Positions 1 through 8,758 of a DNA stretch of 64,000 nt are shown here, one piece after another. Numbering within the stretch: position 1 is the stretch's first letter; every line of letters begins with the position of its first letter. The stretch is from Elusimicrobia bacterium GWF2_62_30 (GTDB taxonomy: Bacteria > Elusimicrobiota > Elusimicrobia > Elusimicrobiales > UBA9959): NCBI GenBank assembly GCA_001799995.1, contig MGUK01000070.1:9056-73055 (forward strand). The letters run 5' to 3'. Under the pieces are notes generated by a model that was not told the DNA's origin, did not search any database, and saw only the letters and a program-made list of their open reading frames with translations. The position numbers and the translations under genes were made by a program.

Positions 1-534
1 CAGTAGTTCGCGGAAGGCCTTTATGACGGTGCCCTCGTACTCCTTGGACATGGTGATGTAGGGCGCGGCCCAGGCGCCCAGCACGCCGAGGCGCTTGAAG
101 CCCTCGCGCTGTATGTCTAAGAAGCGGTTGGCGAAGTCGCGGGCCTTCTGGCGGAAAGCGGGGATGTCGTCGATGTGGCGCTTGCCCATCTTCATCTCTT
201 TGAGCAGGGCCTGCTCTATCGGCAGCCCGTGACAGTCCCAGCCCGGGACATAAGGGGTGAAGAAACCCAGGATAGCGTGGGACTTCACGACCATATCCTT
301 CAGTATCTTGTTGAGCGCGGTACCGATATGTATGGGGCCGTTGGCGTAAGGCGGGCCGTCGTGCAGGATGAAAGGCTTGGAATCGCGGCGCTTGGCCAGG
401 ATCTTGCCGTAAAGGTCCATTTTCTCCCACTCGGCCAGTATGCCGGGCTCTTTTTTAACCAGGTCCCCCCTCATGGAAAATGCCGTATTGGGGAGGAAAA
501 CGGTCTTTGAATAATCAGCGTTGGTCGTTGTCAT
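1..534 (-). CDS. ileS: Isoleucyl-tRNA synthetase, N-terminal 178 codons (gene runs off the left window edge)
   Basis: Not in the ORF track because it is open at the window edge. Hand translation of the reverse strand from ATG 534-532 gives MTTTNADYSKTVFLPNTAFSMRGDLVKKEPGILAEWEKMDLYG...LHDGPPYANGPIHIGTALNKILKD...PYVPGWDCHGLPIEQ, the IleS N-terminal/HIGH-region pattern. Confidence 0.85.
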   Translation of the reverse strand, partial: MTTTNADYSKTVFLPNTAFSMRGDLVKKEPGILAEWEKMDLYGKILAKRRDSKPFILHDGPPYANGPIHIGTALNKILKDMVVKSHAILGFFTPYVPGWDCHGLPIEQALLKEMKMGKRHIDDIPAFRQKARDFANRFLDIQREGFKRLGVLGAWAAPYITMSKEYEGTVIKAFRELL

Positions 535-566
535 GTTGAGAGCCTTGGAATACAATAATAGTATAA

Positions 567-572
567 ATTATA
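567..572 (-). promoter_or_regulatory. Possible -10 box (TATAAT on minus strand) upstream of ileS
   Basis: Reverse strand reads ttttgtagTATAATttatactatt about 33 nt upstream of the ileS ATG, inside a short AT-rich island. No convincing -35 seen. Confidence 0.25.
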
Positions 573-645
573 CTACAAAACCGCGCCCGGCGGCCTTGGG
601 TGGCGGCGGGTTTACGGTAAAACCGGGGTTTTTAGGGTAACTGCT

Positions 646-1329
646 CTATTCGGACTTCATCAGCGATATCTCGATGCGGCGGTTCTGGGCGCGGCCCACC
701 GGGGTTGCGTTATCGCCTATGGGGCGGTTCTCGCCGTAACCTATGCCGGCCAGGTTCTTGGCCGGGATGCCCTGTTCGGCGAAGAAGAGGAGCACGCTGT
801 AGGCGCGGGCCATGGAAAGCTCCCAGTTGGACTCGTACTTGCCGCTTCTTATCGGCACGTTGTCGGTGTGGCCTTCGATGATGATATCGTTGGGGACCTT
901 CTTGAGCTCAGCGGCTATGGGCGCCAGCACCTTCTTAGCCGGCTCCTTGAGGTCCGCGTGGCCCGAAGTGAAAAGCACGCCCTCGGTAAGCACCAGCTTC
1001 ACCTTGCGCTCGTTGGACTGGATGGACACCAGGTTGGCCAGGGAGTCGTTCTCCTTCAGGGTGTCTTCCACGTTCTGCTCCGCCGCCTTGGCCTTGGCCC
1101 GGTCCACCACCTTCTGGTCCTTTTTGCCGCCGAACGCGCTCTGGATATTGCTGAGCGATTCTTCGTATTTCCGGCTCTTGGTCTTATCCTGCTTGGCGAC
1201 GGCGAAGGAGAACATCATGAGGAAAAAGATCATCATGTAGCTCATCAGGTCGCCGTACGTGATCGCCCACAGCGCGCCCTTGTTGAGCTGGTTTTCCAGT
1301 TCCTCCCTGCGGTTTCGGTAGACGCCCAT
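646..1329 (-). CDS. motB: MotB-like stator protein (N-terminal TM helix with conserved Asp, C-terminal OmpA-like peptidoglycan-binding domain)
   Basis: ALWAITYGDLMSYMMIFFLMMF plug/TM region with the invariant Asp. C-terminus EGHTDNVPI...NWELSMARAYSVLLFF...GYGENRPI...NRRIEI is the OmpA/MotB signature. Last gene of the motA operon. Confidence 0.75.
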   Translation of the reverse strand: MGVYRNRREELENQLNKGALWAITYGDLMSYMMIFFLMMFSFAVAKQDKTKSRKYEESLSNIQSAFGGKKDQKVVDRAKAKAAEQNVEDTLKENDSLANLVSIQSNERKVKLVLTEGVLFTSGHADLKEPAKKVLAPIAAELKKVPNDIIIEGHTDNVPIRSGKYESNWELSMARAYSVLLFFAEQGIPAKNLAGIGYGENRPIGDNATPVGRAQNRRIEISLMKSE

Positions 1330-1330
1330 T

Positions 1331-2908
1331 TCAACGTTCCTTGAAGATGTCCCTGAATTTTTCTTCCATGCCGGCCTTTATCTCGCGCAGGCGCGATCCC
1401 TCGGCCTGCAGCGTCTTAAGGGTGGAGGCCATGGTCCCGAACTGGCGGCGCACGACGTCCCCCGAAACTCCGCCGGCTTTTTCCAGCTGCAGCGGGTCCA
1501 CTTCCTTCAGGAAGCCGGCCAGCGCTTTCTCGTAGCCTTCCAGCTTGCCGACGATCTCGGCGAGGGAGGAGCTGAAATTCTCGACGAAGGTGGCGGAAAG
1601 CAGCGCGTCCGCGTATTTGGCGCCGAACTTGTCGAACCGGGCGTCGTTCTCGGCCTTCACGGCGGAGGCCAGATCCGAGTTCATCGCGCGGATCTCCGAC
1701 TGCAGCCGCCCGGAAAAATCCTGCAGGGCCTGGGCCTGGCGGCGCGCCGCTTCGTCCAGCGCGTCCTGGACGCCCTCGGCCTTGAGGATGTTCGCCTGCG
1801 CTATCCGCTCGAACTCCAGCGTCTTTTCCGTCGCGAAGGACGCCTGCTCGCGCAGGAACTTCCTGGACTCGTCGGTGGACGCGGCGAGCTCGCGGCGCAG
1901 CGCTTCGGTTTCGGCGCCGACCTTGCTGCCGATTATCTCTATTTCCTTGCGCACGTAATTCTCGAACACATCTTTGAAGGAGGCGGAGCTTTCCTTTATC
2001 CCGCCCATCATCTCCTGGCGCGACGCTTCCTGGGCGTCGGCGCGGCGGCGCCACTCCTCGCTCATGCGGGCGAAGAACTCTTCCTGCGAGGCGCGGACCT
2101 CGCCGGCCTGCGATGACGCTGAAAGTTTCTGCATCCCGGCGAGCATTTCGGCGCGCAAAGCATCGATAGCGGCGGCCTGGGCGCGGGACTGTTCCTCGGC
2201 ACGGCGGGCGAACTCCTGCTGGGAAGCGCGCAGTTCGTCGGAGGGCTTGCTGTCGGCAAGCCTGGCCTCCAGGGAAGCCAGCCTGGCGGTAAGCGCGTCC
2301 AGGGCCGCCGTGGTGGAGGAGGAGCTGCGGTCGGCGTCCTCGCGGCGCTTGGTCTCCAGCGCCAGCACGGAGGAGTAGAACTCCATCAGCTTCTTTTCCA
2401 GCTCTTCGGCGCGCGTCCAGGCGCGCTCGAGCTGCTCGTGCATCTGCCGGTCCATCTCCGAATATTTCTGCTGGTCCCGCACGGCTTTGAGCAGGTCCTC
2501 TATCTCGCGGCGGGCGCTGATCTTGGATTCTTCTATATTGCGCAGCTGCGACGCGGACATCGCCGCCGACTGGCTGAAATCGGACAGCCTGCGGTCCATC
2601 TCCTCGAATTTGCGGACGAGCATATCCATCTCCGGTATGCGCGCCGGCGGAGGAGGCGGGGCCTGCATATACTGCTGCGGCGCGCCCGGGGCCGGCGCGG
2701 CGGCCTTGAGCTGGGCCACGATGTTCTTTTCAAGCGCGTCTATCTTAAGTTTGAGGGCGGCCAGCGCGTCGGAGTCCACCGCCGGCCTGGGAGCGGCCGC
2801 CGGCGCGGGCGCGGGCCTGGGAGCGGCCGCCGGCGCGGGCGCCGGGGCCAGGCTTCCGAAGATGGAGCCCTTCTGGGTCCCGCCAGAACCGGTGGAGCCT
2901 AAAGCCAT
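1331..2908 (-). CDS. Long coiled-coil protein with Pro/Ala-rich N-terminus, function unknown
   Basis: 525-aa ORF. Its start overlaps the upstream stop by 1 nt (TAATG) and its stop abuts the motB start. Heptad-like Glu/Arg/Ala/Leu-rich sequence throughout, no enzymatic motif. Confidence 0.6.
   Translation of the reverse strand: MALGSTGSGGTQKGSIFGSLAPAPAPAAAPRPAPAPAAAPRPAVDSDALAALKLKIDALEKNIVAQLKAAAPAPGAPQQYMQAPPPPPARIPEMDMLVRKFEEMDRRLSDFSQSAAMSASQLRNIEESKISARREIEDLLKAVRDQQKYSEMDRQMHEQLERAWTRAEELEKKLMEFYSSVLALETKRREDADRSSSSTTAALDALTARLASLEARLADSKPSDELRASQQEFARRAEEQSRAQAAAIDALRAEMLAGMQKLSASSQAGEVRASQEEFFARMSEEWRRRADAQEASRQEMMGGIKESSASFKDVFENYVRKEIEIIGSKVGAETEALRRELAASTDESRKFLREQASFATEKTLEFERIAQANILKAEGVQDALDEAARRQAQALQDFSGRLQSEIRAMNSDLASAVKAENDARFDKFGAKYADALLSATFVENFSSSLAEIVGKLEGYEKALAGFLKEVDPLQLEKAGGVSGDVVRRQFGTMASTLKTLQAEGSRLREIKAGMEEKFRDIFKER
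2784..2843. repeat. 30-bp tandem duplication (2 units, 29/30 identical) inside the coiled-coil gene
   Basis: ggcctgggagcggccgccggcgcgggcgc occurs at 2784-2812 and again at 2814-2842. It encodes the duplicated decapeptide PRPAPAPAAA in the N-terminal low-complexity region. Confidence 0.8.
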
Positions 2909-4665
2909 TACTTACCTCCCTTCGCCGCGGGCGGCTGCGGCGGCACCGAAGGTTTTCCCGGCTGCTGGGCGGGGGCCGGAGGGGCCCCGGGAGACGGCGC
3001 AGGGGGCTGCGGCGCGCCGGGCGCCGCGGGAACGGCCGCGGCTGCTTCGGGCCCCGGCAGGGAAGGCTGGGCGCCGGGCGCCGCGGCTGGCTGCGCTTTG
3101 AGCGGGTTGGCCACGCGCCCGTCCCGTACAAGCTTCATGGCCGTCAGCACTACGGCTTCCACCGCGCGCTCGGTCTTCTCCGGAGAGGGAGCGCCGTACT
3201 TCATGGTCTGCTCCAGCATCATCCAGGTCTTTTCCGTGAGCTGCGCCTTGAGTTTGTCCTTGAAGTCCTGGTCGAAATCCCAGAGCGCCATGGCCCAGTC
3301 CTCTATCTTCACGCTGGTAGCCAGCACGGAAAGGTCCTTGTCCGAGAATTTCTTGATGTCGTCCGGCAGGAAGATGCGCGGGCGCACTTTTTTCGCCACG
3401 TCCGGGTGGCGGGCTTCCAGCTGGGCCAGCATATCGCGTTTGGCCTTCAGGCTCACCTTGTCCAGGGCGTCTATCACCATGTTTACGCCGCCGAACGCGC
3501 CCGCCAGGCGCTTTTCTATCTCTTCCTTGATGGTCGATACCACATCGGGGTCCACGAAGCGCATACTGGCCATATTGGCCATTACTTCGGAAGAAACTTC
3601 CGTGGGGAGCATGCGCAGGAACTCGCTCTTCGCCTCTTCCGGCAGGTGCCCGGCTACCAGCGAAATATTCGCGGGGTCCTCACCGGACATAAGATTCACA
3701 AGGAAATCCACCTGCTCAACCTTGACGTTGAACATAGATTCGGCGTCCATTTCGATCTGGGGATGCCGTTCCTTCCTCTCCGTGATGTCCAGCTCCAGCT
3801 TGCCGCCGCCGCCCACGCCGCCCACGCTGACCCCTCCCCCTCCTCCTCCTCCCCCGGGGGCGCCTCCGGGGCCTCCGGGCCCTCCGGCTCCGCCTTTACC
3901 CAGGTCCATGGTGATCTGGTGGCTCTGCTGGGCCTTGGCCATCATGTTCATGGCGCCGGCCAGCTTCAGGAAGCCTACGGAGACCACCATCATCGAAACT
4001 ATGCCCATAAGGGTAAGTACACTGTATTTAAATATAAGGCCCACGGCTTCCGGGGTATACCAGATGGTGCGCCAGACCGGGGCGAAAGGCGTCTTTATCA
4101 CGGCCAGGTCGTCGCCGCGCTTGGCGTCCAGGCCCAGGACCTCCGAGACCACGGAGCGCACGTTCTGCGCGTCCGCATCGCTCATATTCTTATTAACAAC
4201 TACTGTTACTATTAATTTCTTTACAAAAGAGGCCGGGAAGATCAACTGCTTCTGGTACGACTGGTTTTCCGCCTCGGCGTTCATGGAAGGAAAGCCGGGC
4301 AGGAGGTATTCGTTGAAAGGCTGGCCCTCGGTGGAAGGGTTCTGCCACTTGAACATTTCGCCCGCGGCGCCATCCGCCGGCTTTTCGGCCCCGCCTTTGA
4401 CGATCTGCACCTGCTCGGTGCGCGTAAAGTCCATAGAGGCCTGCACCACCACCTTGGCCTGGTTGGGCCCCAGCAGCTTCAGCAGCACCTCGTCTATCTT
4501 TATCTCAAGGGATTTCTCGTAGCGGGCCTTGTCGTCCAGCGGCAGGCTCTGCGCCGTCAGCGCCGGGGCCGCGAGAACCTGCAGAAAAGACAGCAAAAGA
4601 GCGGCCGCCAGGATGGTCGTGACCTTCCCGGGGCGTTTGCAGTTGCTGAGAGCCGTCTTTTCCAT
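2908..4665 (-). CDS. FliF-like (YscJ/FliF ring-building) N-terminal half fused through a TM helix and a Gly-rich linker to FliG-like middle/C-terminal domains
   Basis: N-half: signal/TM, then KVVVQASMDFTRTEQ and LIVTVVVNKNMS...VLGLDAKRGDDLAVIKTPF (the FliF ...RGD.v.V...pF pattern), then a TM helix. After GGAGGPGGPGGAPGGGGGGGG the C-half follows the FliG layout: ISLVAGHLPEEAKSEFLRMLP..., RPRIFLPDDIKKFSDKDL, ALWDFDQDFKDKL, GAPSPEKTERAVEAVVLTAMKLVRDGRV. Confidence 0.6.
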   Translation of the reverse strand: MEKTALSNCKRPGKVTTILAAALLLSFLQVLAAPALTAQSLPLDDKARYEKSLEIKIDEVLLKLLGPNQAKVVVQASMDFTRTEQVQIVKGGAEKPADGAAGEMFKWQNPSTEGQPFNEYLLPGFPSMNAEAENQSYQKQLIFPASFVKKLIVTVVVNKNMSDADAQNVRSVVSEVLGLDAKRGDDLAVIKTPFAPVWRTIWYTPEAVGLIFKYSVLTLMGIVSMMVVSVGFLKLAGAMNMMAKAQQSHQITMDLGKGGAGGPGGPGGAPGGGGGGGGVSVGGVGGGGKLELDITERKERHPQIEMDAESMFNVKVEQVDFLVNLMSGEDPANISLVAGHLPEEAKSEFLRMLPTEVSSEVMANMASMRFVDPDVVSTIKEEIEKRLAGAFGGVNMVIDALDKVSLKAKRDMLAQLEARHPDVAKKVRPRIFLPDDIKKFSDKDLSVLATSVKIEDWAMALWDFDQDFKDKLKAQLTEKTWMMLEQTMKYGAPSPEKTERAVEAVVLTAMKLVRDGRVANPLKAQPAAAPGAQPSLPGPEAAAAVPAAPGAPQPPAPSPGAPPAPAQQPGKPSVPPQPPAAKGGK

Positions 4666-4680
4666 AGCCGCCTTGCCGCC

Positions 4681-5421
4681 TTAGCCGAGGTATGACTGGA
4701 GCCTGCGCTCCACCACCATGGGGATGCTGCCTTTCATTATTTCCAGGACGCCTTCGAGGATCATCGCCTTAAGCTTGATCTGGGCCACCATGCGCGAGCG
4801 TATCTTGCCGGCTATCGGGGTACAGACCATGCTGGCGAAGAAGATGCCGTAGAAAGCGGAAGTGATGGCCGTGGCCATGGCGGGCCCCACGGAGTCGGGA
4901 TCGGAGACCTGTTTGAGCACGCCGATTATGCCGATCAGCGTTCCCAGCAGGCCGAACATCGGGGACTGGATGCCGAAGGTGCGGTAGACGTTGGCTATTT
5001 CATTGAGTTCGTCGGCGCCCTGGTTTATCTCCAGCTCGATGACGTGTTTCACGAAATTGGAATCGTTGTACTCCAGCGCGGCCAGGGAGACGCGCGCCAG
5101 GAAGCCGTTGGCATGCCTGGGGTCCGCTTCCCGCAGCGCGGAAAGGCCGGTGGCGCGGCACTGTTCGGCCAGGCCCACCATTATCGGGATGGTGCGCTGG
5201 ATCTCCGCCGTTTCGTCGGCGAACATCAGCGAGCGCAGTTCCGTGACGGACTTCACCAGGTACTTGAAAGGGGTGTTGATGAGCATGGAGATACTGCCGC
5301 CGCCGAGCACGACGAAGACGGCGTGGAAGTTCACCAGGGAGGATTCGAGCTGCCCTGTCTGTACGCCCACCACGATGAACGCGATGAACGCGACTATCCC
5401 GAGAACTGTGGCGAAGTCCAT
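4681..5421 (-). CDS. motA: MotA/PomA-type stator proton-channel protein (MotA/TolQ/ExbB family)
   Basis: 246 aa with four predicted TM segments. C-terminal MFGLLGTLIGIIGVL...GPAMATAITSAFYGIFFA matches the MotA/ExbB channel core. First gene of the four-gene module. Confidence 0.8.
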   Translation of the reverse strand: MDFATVLGIVAFIAFIVVGVQTGQLESSLVNFHAVFVVLGGGSISMLINTPFKYLVKSVTELRSLMFADETAEIQRTIPIMVGLAEQCRATGLSALREADPRHANGFLARVSLAALEYNDSNFVKHVIELEINQGADELNEIANVYRTFGIQSPMFGLLGTLIGIIGVLKQVSDPDSVGPAMATAITSAFYGIFFASMVCTPIAGKIRSRMVAQIKLKAMILEGVLEIMKGSIPMVVERRLQSYLG

Positions 5422-5592
5422 AGATCAGGTATCCTTGTTCTTAATGTACGTTACTCTTCATCCTGTTAAATTATAGATATCCCATGTTTCAGAAAAGTTA
5501 TAAAGCTGTTACACTAATAGTCCGCTTCCCCCCCGGGCCTTAGGCCGCGGCCGGGTCGCGATACGGGGGATAACAGGCTTTATCCGTTATTT

Positions 5593-6534
5593 TCATGAAG
5601 TAAAAGGTATCTTGAAATAGAAAGTGGACCCTTTGCCCAGGCCCGGGCTGGTGGCCTTTATTATCCCGTTATGCCCGCGGATGATCTCGCCGGCGATGGA
5701 AAGGCCCAGGCCCCAGCCCTGCTTGCGCAGTTTCTCGTCCTTCTGGTGCTTGGCCTGGTAGAATTTCTCGAAGATCAGCGCCGTCTCGCTGCGGTGGATG
5801 CCGATGCCGGAGTCCTTAACGTAGGCGCAGGCCTTGTTCCCCTCCTGGCGCAGGGTGACCTCCACGCGCTTGCCCACCGGTGTGAACTTGATGGCGTTAT
5901 TAATAAGATTCATCAGAACCTGCGACAGCCTGAACCGGTCCCCGGTGATCATGACGCCCTCGGGCAGCGGGTTGGCCACGAACTCCACCCCGCGCTTCTG
6001 CGCGTTGATGGTCATGGCGGGCAGGATGTCCCGGGCCACGTACGCGAAATCGAAAAGGGTCTTTTCCATCTTGAGCTTGCCGGCCTCGATCATGGCCAGG
6101 TCGGTGAGGTCGGCGATCAGGTGGCCCAGCTGGTCGGTGGAGCCCACTATGTTCTTGAGGTACTGCGCCTCTTTCTCCCCCACGTTCTTCTTCATCAGCA
6201 GTTCGCTGAAGCCCCTGATGGAGGCGAGCGGGGTGCGCACGTCGTGCACGACCATCGACAGGAACTTGGACTTCATATCGTTGAGCCGGCCCAGCTCCTG
6301 GTTGGACAGGGCCAGCCTGGACGTGAGGATCTCCAGGTCCTGCGAGCGCTGGAACACCTGCGTCTGCGCCAGGGCTATCTCCATCACGTACTGCTTTATC
6401 AGGTTCTGCGAGAACTGCTCGCGCCTGCTGAAAGAGCTGTTCTGCATGAAGCCCGTCACCTGCATGACGAATATTGCGCCTGCAGCCAGGAACATGAGGA
6501 GCATCGGCCCGAGAGCTACTATCGCGAATTCCAT
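5593..6534 (-). CDS. Membrane-anchored sensor histidine kinase (HisKA + HATPase_c)
   Basis: N-terminal TM helix, coiled coil, H-box FLSMVVHDVRTPLASIRGF, N box LMNLINNAIKFT, G boxes DSGIGI and GWGLGLSIA. Confidence 0.85.
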   Translation of the reverse strand: MEFAIVALGPMLLMFLAAGAIFVMQVTGFMQNSSFSRREQFSQNLIKQYVMEIALAQTQVFQRSQDLEILTSRLALSNQELGRLNDMKSKFLSMVVHDVRTPLASIRGFSELLMKKNVGEKEAQYLKNIVGSTDQLGHLIADLTDLAMIEAGKLKMEKTLFDFAYVARDILPAMTINAQKRGVEFVANPLPEGVMITGDRFRLSQVLMNLINNAIKFTPVGKRVEVTLRQEGNKACAYVKDSGIGIHRSETALIFEKFYQAKHQKDEKLRKQGWGLGLSIAGEIIRGHNGIIKATSPGLGKGSTFYFKIPFTS

Positions 6535-6575
6535 AGTCTTATCCTACCATACAGTATAAAAAATTCGGAGCGCGT

Positions 6576-6953
6576 TCAGGCGGCCCCGAGGATCCTCCGC
6601 TCCAGCACCCTGACCCTCGCCACCAGCACCTCGTTGGCGAAAGGCTTCGCCAGGTAGTCGTCGGCGCCGCTGTCGTAGCCCTCCACCTGGTCCGTGACCG
6701 CGGAGCGCACCGTCATCATCAGCACGGGCAGCCCGGCCAGGCTGTTGCTCTCCCTGATGAGCTTGAGCAGCTCGAAGCCGCCCATCTCCGGCATGTTCAC
6801 GTCCAGCACGGCTATGTCCGCCCCCTCCGCCTGCAGGGCTTCCCAGGCGAGCTGCCCGTTCTCGTGGGCGGAGACCTCGAAGCCCTCGTCCTGCAGGATC
6901 TCGGAAAGCAGCATCCTGAAGTTGTCGTCGTCGTCGGCTAAAAGCACTTTCAT
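6576..6953 (-). CDS. Stand-alone CheY-like response-regulator receiver domain
   Basis: 125 aa. MKVLLADDDD acidic pocket, phospho-acceptor context IAVLDVNMPEMGG, PVLMMT, YLAKPF. No output domain. Confidence 0.85.
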   Translation of the reverse strand: MKVLLADDDDNFRMLLSEILQDEGFEVSAHENGQLAWEALQAEGADIAVLDVNMPEMGGFELLKLIRESNSLAGLPVLMMTVRSAVTDQVEGYDSGADDYLAKPFANEVLVARVRVLERRILGAA

Positions 6954-7015
6954 AAGAGCGCCTCCTGTGCTTCCCGCGTACTTCCGGTCGGTCTTTGCAT
7001 AGCTTTCGTCCGTCC

Positions 7016-8758
7016 TTAGTTCCAGCCCTGCGCGTCCATGAACTGGCGGGTCACGGTGTCGGAGGGGTTGAGCTCCATCACTTTCTCGTAGGCCTTGCGG
7101 GCTTTCACCTTGTCGCCCATCATGTAGTAGGCGGAACCAAGGCGGGTCCAGCCCATGGGGTTGGTCTCATCGAGGAGGACCACTTCTTCGCATTCCTTGG
7201 CGGCCATGTCGAACTGCTGGATGTAGAAGCCCTTGGCGGCTTTCTTGAGCTTCTCTTTGAGCAGGGCGGCTTTGGGCATGATCTCGTCGCGGCGGACGCT
7301 GTTGCGGGTCAGGTCGCCCAGGTTGTAGAGCAGCTCTTCGAAGAGGGCGTCGCCGCGGGGATTCTCGCCGAGGGCCGCGTGCGCCAGCAGGAAGGCTTTC
7401 AGCTCGCGGCCTTCGATGTAGGAGACCACCGCTTCGTGCGCGACGTTGGACTGCTCTTCGCTCTTCTGGAAGATCTTCTCGCGGACGGGGGTCGCTTTGA
7501 GCTGCAGGCGCTTGTTGAGCTTCTCGAGCCTGTCGGCTTTGTCGCCCCACGCGCCGTTCTTCAGCTCGGGCTCCAGGTTGAAGGCCTTGTTCAGGTTGTC
7601 GACCGCCAGGGTGTATTCGCGGGAGTCAACGTTCTTGCGGGCAAGCTCGACATAGTCATTGGCGTAGAGCTTGAGGGCTTCGATCTTTTCCTGGGGGGCG
7701 AGGATCGCGGCGCGGGCGACGCGGGCGGTGGCGCCGGCCAGGGGCTGCTTCGCGCGGGAAGAGCCGAAGCGGACGGTCGCGCCGAGCTTCTGCATGGAGC
7801 CGAGCTCGCCGAAGGGAGACATTGAGTAGTCCAGGTCCATGAAGGAGAGGCGGAAGCCCACGCCCAGGCGAAGGCCGGAACCGATGTCCTGGCCGGAAAC
7901 GTAGCCGCCGCGGACGGAGAGCAGCTGGAACATGAAGTACTCGGCGCCGAGGTTCACTTTGTACTTGTCGTAGTTGGAGATGGTCTGGTCGAGAGAAACG
8001 GTCAGCGTGTGCGCGCCGGCGGGATGGGAGATCCAGGCCAGGCCCAGGGTCTCGGACTGGGGAAGAGGGAAGGCGTCCTTATCGAACTTCATCGAAGTGC
8101 CCAGGTTCTTGACGGAGAGGGCGACGCGGAATTCCTGGGCGGGGATGTTCTTCATCCAGTACTTGGAAGGGCGGATGTGGTAGATGGCGCCCAGGTCGAT
8201 GGCCATCGCGCTGGCGGAGGCGCTGTCGAGCTTGGAGGAGATGCTCTTCACGTTCACGCCGACGTTGAGGACGGGGCGCTCGATCTCGTCTTTAATAAAC
8301 GTGCGCGCGTAAGAAGCGGCGATGGAAGTGTCGGAAGCCTGCAGCTTGCGGGTCGCCGCGCCGGCCGCGTCGTAGCCCTGGAAAGGGGCGACGCTCTGGC
8401 GCGTTATATTAACGCCGAGGGTGGAGCCGTAGCGCAGGGGATACGCGAAGGAAGCGAACTGGTTGGTCACGTCGGCGAAGGAGGCGTTGTGGGTGGCGGC
8501 CAGCTCGGGCACTTCGATGCTGGCCAGACCCGCCGGGTTCCACCAGGCGGAGTAGGCGTCCTGCGTGACGGCGGTGTAGGCTTCGCCCATCGCGGTGCCG
8601 CGGGGGCTGGGATCGAATTTCAGGAAGGCGGCCGACGTGGTGCCGGCTTCACCGGCGGAAACGCGAACAGCAAAAAAACCGCAGGCGGCGATGATTATCG
8701 CGGCCGCTGCGGCAAGAAGTTTTTTGGTGTTCGCGAGGTTCATAATATTTACATTCAT
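7016..8758 (-). CDS. PorV/UPF0164-like outer-membrane beta-barrel fused to a C-terminal TPR region (tentative)
   Basis: Signal peptide, then AAFLKFDPSPRGTAMGEAYTAVTQDAYSAWWNPAGLA, which resembles the PorV/PorQ-family N-terminal motif. Alternating beta-strand-like sequence to about residue 330, then TPR-like repeats (...GSAYYMMGDKVKARKAYEKVMELNP). Confidence 0.5.
   Translation of the reverse strand: MNVNIMNLANTKKLLAAAAAIIIAACGFFAVRVSAGEAGTTSAAFLKFDPSPRGTAMGEAYTAVTQDAYSAWWNPAGLASIEVPELAATHNASFADVTNQFASFAYPLRYGSTLGVNITRQSVAPFQGYDAAGAATRKLQASDTSIAASYARTFIKDEIERPVLNVGVNVKSISSKLDSASASAMAIDLGAIYHIRPSKYWMKNIPAQEFRVALSVKNLGTSMKFDKDAFPLPQSETLGLAWISHPAGAHTLTVSLDQTISNYDKYKVNLGAEYFMFQLLSVRGGYVSGQDIGSGLRLGVGFRLSFMDLDYSMSPFGELGSMQKLGATVRFGSSRAKQPLAGATARVARAAILAPQEKIEALKLYANDYVELARKNVDSREYTLAVDNLNKAFNLEPELKNGAWGDKADRLEKLNKRLQLKATPVREKIFQKSEEQSNVAHEAVVSYIEGRELKAFLLAHAALGENPRGDALFEELLYNLGDLTRNSVRRDEIMPKAALLKEKLKKAAKGFYIQQFDMAAKECEEVVLLDETNPMGWTRLGSAYYMMGDKVKARKAYEKVMELNPSDTVTRQFMDAQGWN

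Noticed and set aside
646-8758. A bona fide flagellar gene cluster
   Set aside because: Only MotA, MotB and FliF/FliG-like domains are present. No export apparatus, C-ring (FliM/N), rod, hook, filament or FliA-type genes occur in the window, so I report it only as an orphan rotor-stator module.
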